Shown here piece by piece: positions 63,043 to 64,000 of a stretch of DNA of 64,000 bases. The notes beneath the pieces are model-generated. The model was not told the DNA's origin and ran no database searches. It saw only the letters and a program-made list of their open reading frames with translations. The DNA comes from Actinomycetales bacterium (GTDB lineage: Bacteria; Actinomycetota; Actinomycetes; Actinomycetales; JBBRBF01). Position 1 is the first letter of the stretch. Every line of letters begins with the position of its first letter. The stretch is from positions 19,372-83,371 of the forward strand of contig JBBRBF010000002.1 in NCBI GenBank assembly GCA_038206105.1. The letters run 5' to 3'. A program made the translations under genes and the position numbers.

Positions 63043-64000
63043 CCGGCGCGGGCGGTCGGCCGCAGCCCGTTCGCGGCTGCCCGGCCTGGCGGCCCTGGTG
63101 GTCGTGGTGCTCGCGCTCACGGCGTGCGTGTCGCTGCCGACCCGCGGGCCGGTCAGCACCGACGAGGAGGAGTCCGGCCCGGACGCCGCCGGCGTGCGCG
63201 CCGTGGCGCCCGCGCCGGGGCGTGGGGAGTCCCCGGCGGGCATCGTCGGCAACTTCCTGCTCGCGGTCACCGGCGACGACCTGGAGGTGGCCCGCTCCTA
63301 CCTCACCCCGGACGCGGCGGCGAGCTGGCGGCCGACCGACCGCACGGTCGTCTACGACAACGCGCTCGACCTGCAGGGGCTGCCCGGCGCGGGCCCGGCC
63401 GGGGGCGCGGACGCCGTCAGCCCGGCGTCCGGTCGCCTGCGCGTCAGCGCCGAGATCGCCGTCGTCGCCGAGGTCGACGCGCAGGGGCACTACCGGCCGG
63501 CCGCGCCGGGGGCGCGGGAGGAGGTCTCGCTGACGCTTGAGCGCACGGCCGACCGGCAGTGGCGGATCGCCGAGCTCGCCGACCAGCTGCTGCTCAACGA
63601 GGCCACCTTCGCGCGGTTCGTGCGCCAGGTCACCCTGTACTTCCCCGACCCGACCGGCCGCTACCTCGTGCCCGACGTGCGGTGGTTCGCACAGCGGTCC
63701 TCGCTGCCGACGACCGTCGCCGCCGCTCTGCTCGCCGGGCCGAGCGACTGGCTGCGCCCCGCGGTCGGGACCGTCACCCCCGCCGGCACCGAGCTCGCGA
63801 TGGAGGCCGTCGTCGTCTCCAGCGGCGTGGCGCGTGTCGAGCTGTCGGAGCAGGTGCTGCAGACCGGTCCGGAGCAGCGCAGCGTGCTGCAGGCCCAGCT
63901 GGACGCGACGCTGCTGCCACTGCCCGGCGTCGGCACGGTCCGGCTGCTGGTGGACGGGGCGCGGCTGGCTCAGACGGCGCGGCCCAGCACGCTCGAGCAG
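63035..64000 (+). CDS. lpqB: Lipoprotein LpqB (3' end outside window)
   Basis: GTG 63035 gives VGDRRGRSAAARSRLPGLAALVVVVLALTACVSLPTRGPVS, which includes a lipobox. The frame stays open to the window end and overlaps the mtrB stop by 8 nt. It is absent from the ORF track because no stop is reached. Confidence 0.85.
   Translation, partial: MGDRRGRSAAARSRLPGLAALVVVVLALTACVSLPTRGPVSTDEEESGPDAAGVRAVAPAPGRGESPAGIVGNFLLAVTGDDLEVARSYLTPDAAASWRPTDRTVVYDNALDLQGLPGAGPAGGADAVSPASGRLRVSAEIAVVAEVDAQGHYRPAAPGAREEVSLTLERTADRQWRIAELADQLLLNEATFARFVRQVTLYFPDPTGRYLVPDVRWFAQRSSLPTTVAAALLAGPSDWLRPAVGTVTPAGTELAMEAVVVSSGVARVELSEQVLQTGPEQRSVLQAQLDATLLPLPGVGTVRLLVDGARLAQTARPSTLEQ

Noticed and set aside
63039-63533. 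164-aa track ORF after mtrB.
   Set aside because: It is out of frame with the real lpqB reading frame. The lpqB frame starts at GTG 63035, has a lipobox and stays open to the window end. The track ORF is Arg/Pro-rich noise.

Overview
This is a very GC-rich actinobacterial chromosomal segment. Nearly every real codon ends in G/C, GTG starts are common, and many gene junctions are 4-bp GTGA/ATGA overlaps. It looks like conserved core genome rather than an obvious island. I call about 58 protein genes plus one tmRNA.

Two gene neighbourhoods match, from memory, conserved arrangements in Mycobacterium tuberculosis:
- adnA-adnB ... nudC - mycoredoxin - uvrD2 - whiB7
- ahcY ... mtrA-mtrB-lpqB

Other recognisable blocks:
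- prfB-ftsE-ftsX-M23 peptidase-smpB-(oxidoreductase)-ssrA
- an ABC-2 exporter pair, a hemerythrin and a malic enzyme
- an Fe(3+) ABC importer translationally chained to a glycosylation module (epimerase, GT-C transferase, divergent flippase-like/GT2 fusion)
- the conserved RDD / SpoIIM-like / DUF58-MoxR-DUF4350-DUF4129-membrane protein cluster

Most long alternate-frame and antisense ORFs in the track (Arg/Pro/Gly/Ala-rich) are GC-composition artefacts.

Main hunt results:
1. A dispersed repeat family that I do not recognise (C-tract + CGGTGATCA[T/A]G...GGTACGCC) at five loci. Most copies lie at or just past stop codons, as single, 32-bp-phased tandem, or inverted (long hairpin) copies.
2. A perfect actinobacterial LexA box in front of a YneA/ChiZ-like TM+LysM gene directly upstream of adnAB.
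3. A complete whiB7-type leader (A-tract promoter, uORF, attenuator hairpin), separated from uvrD2 by a DUF222/HNH gene.
4. A (GCCCC)11 microsatellite abutting a small zinc-ribbon ORF.
5. An acidic Ser/Thr-rich lipoprotein wedged by 4-bp overlaps between a GT-C glycosyltransferase and an iron-uptake operon.
6. Several in-frame VNTR-like repeats and operator-like palindromes.

All calls come from reading the translations and sequence by eye; no searches were run.
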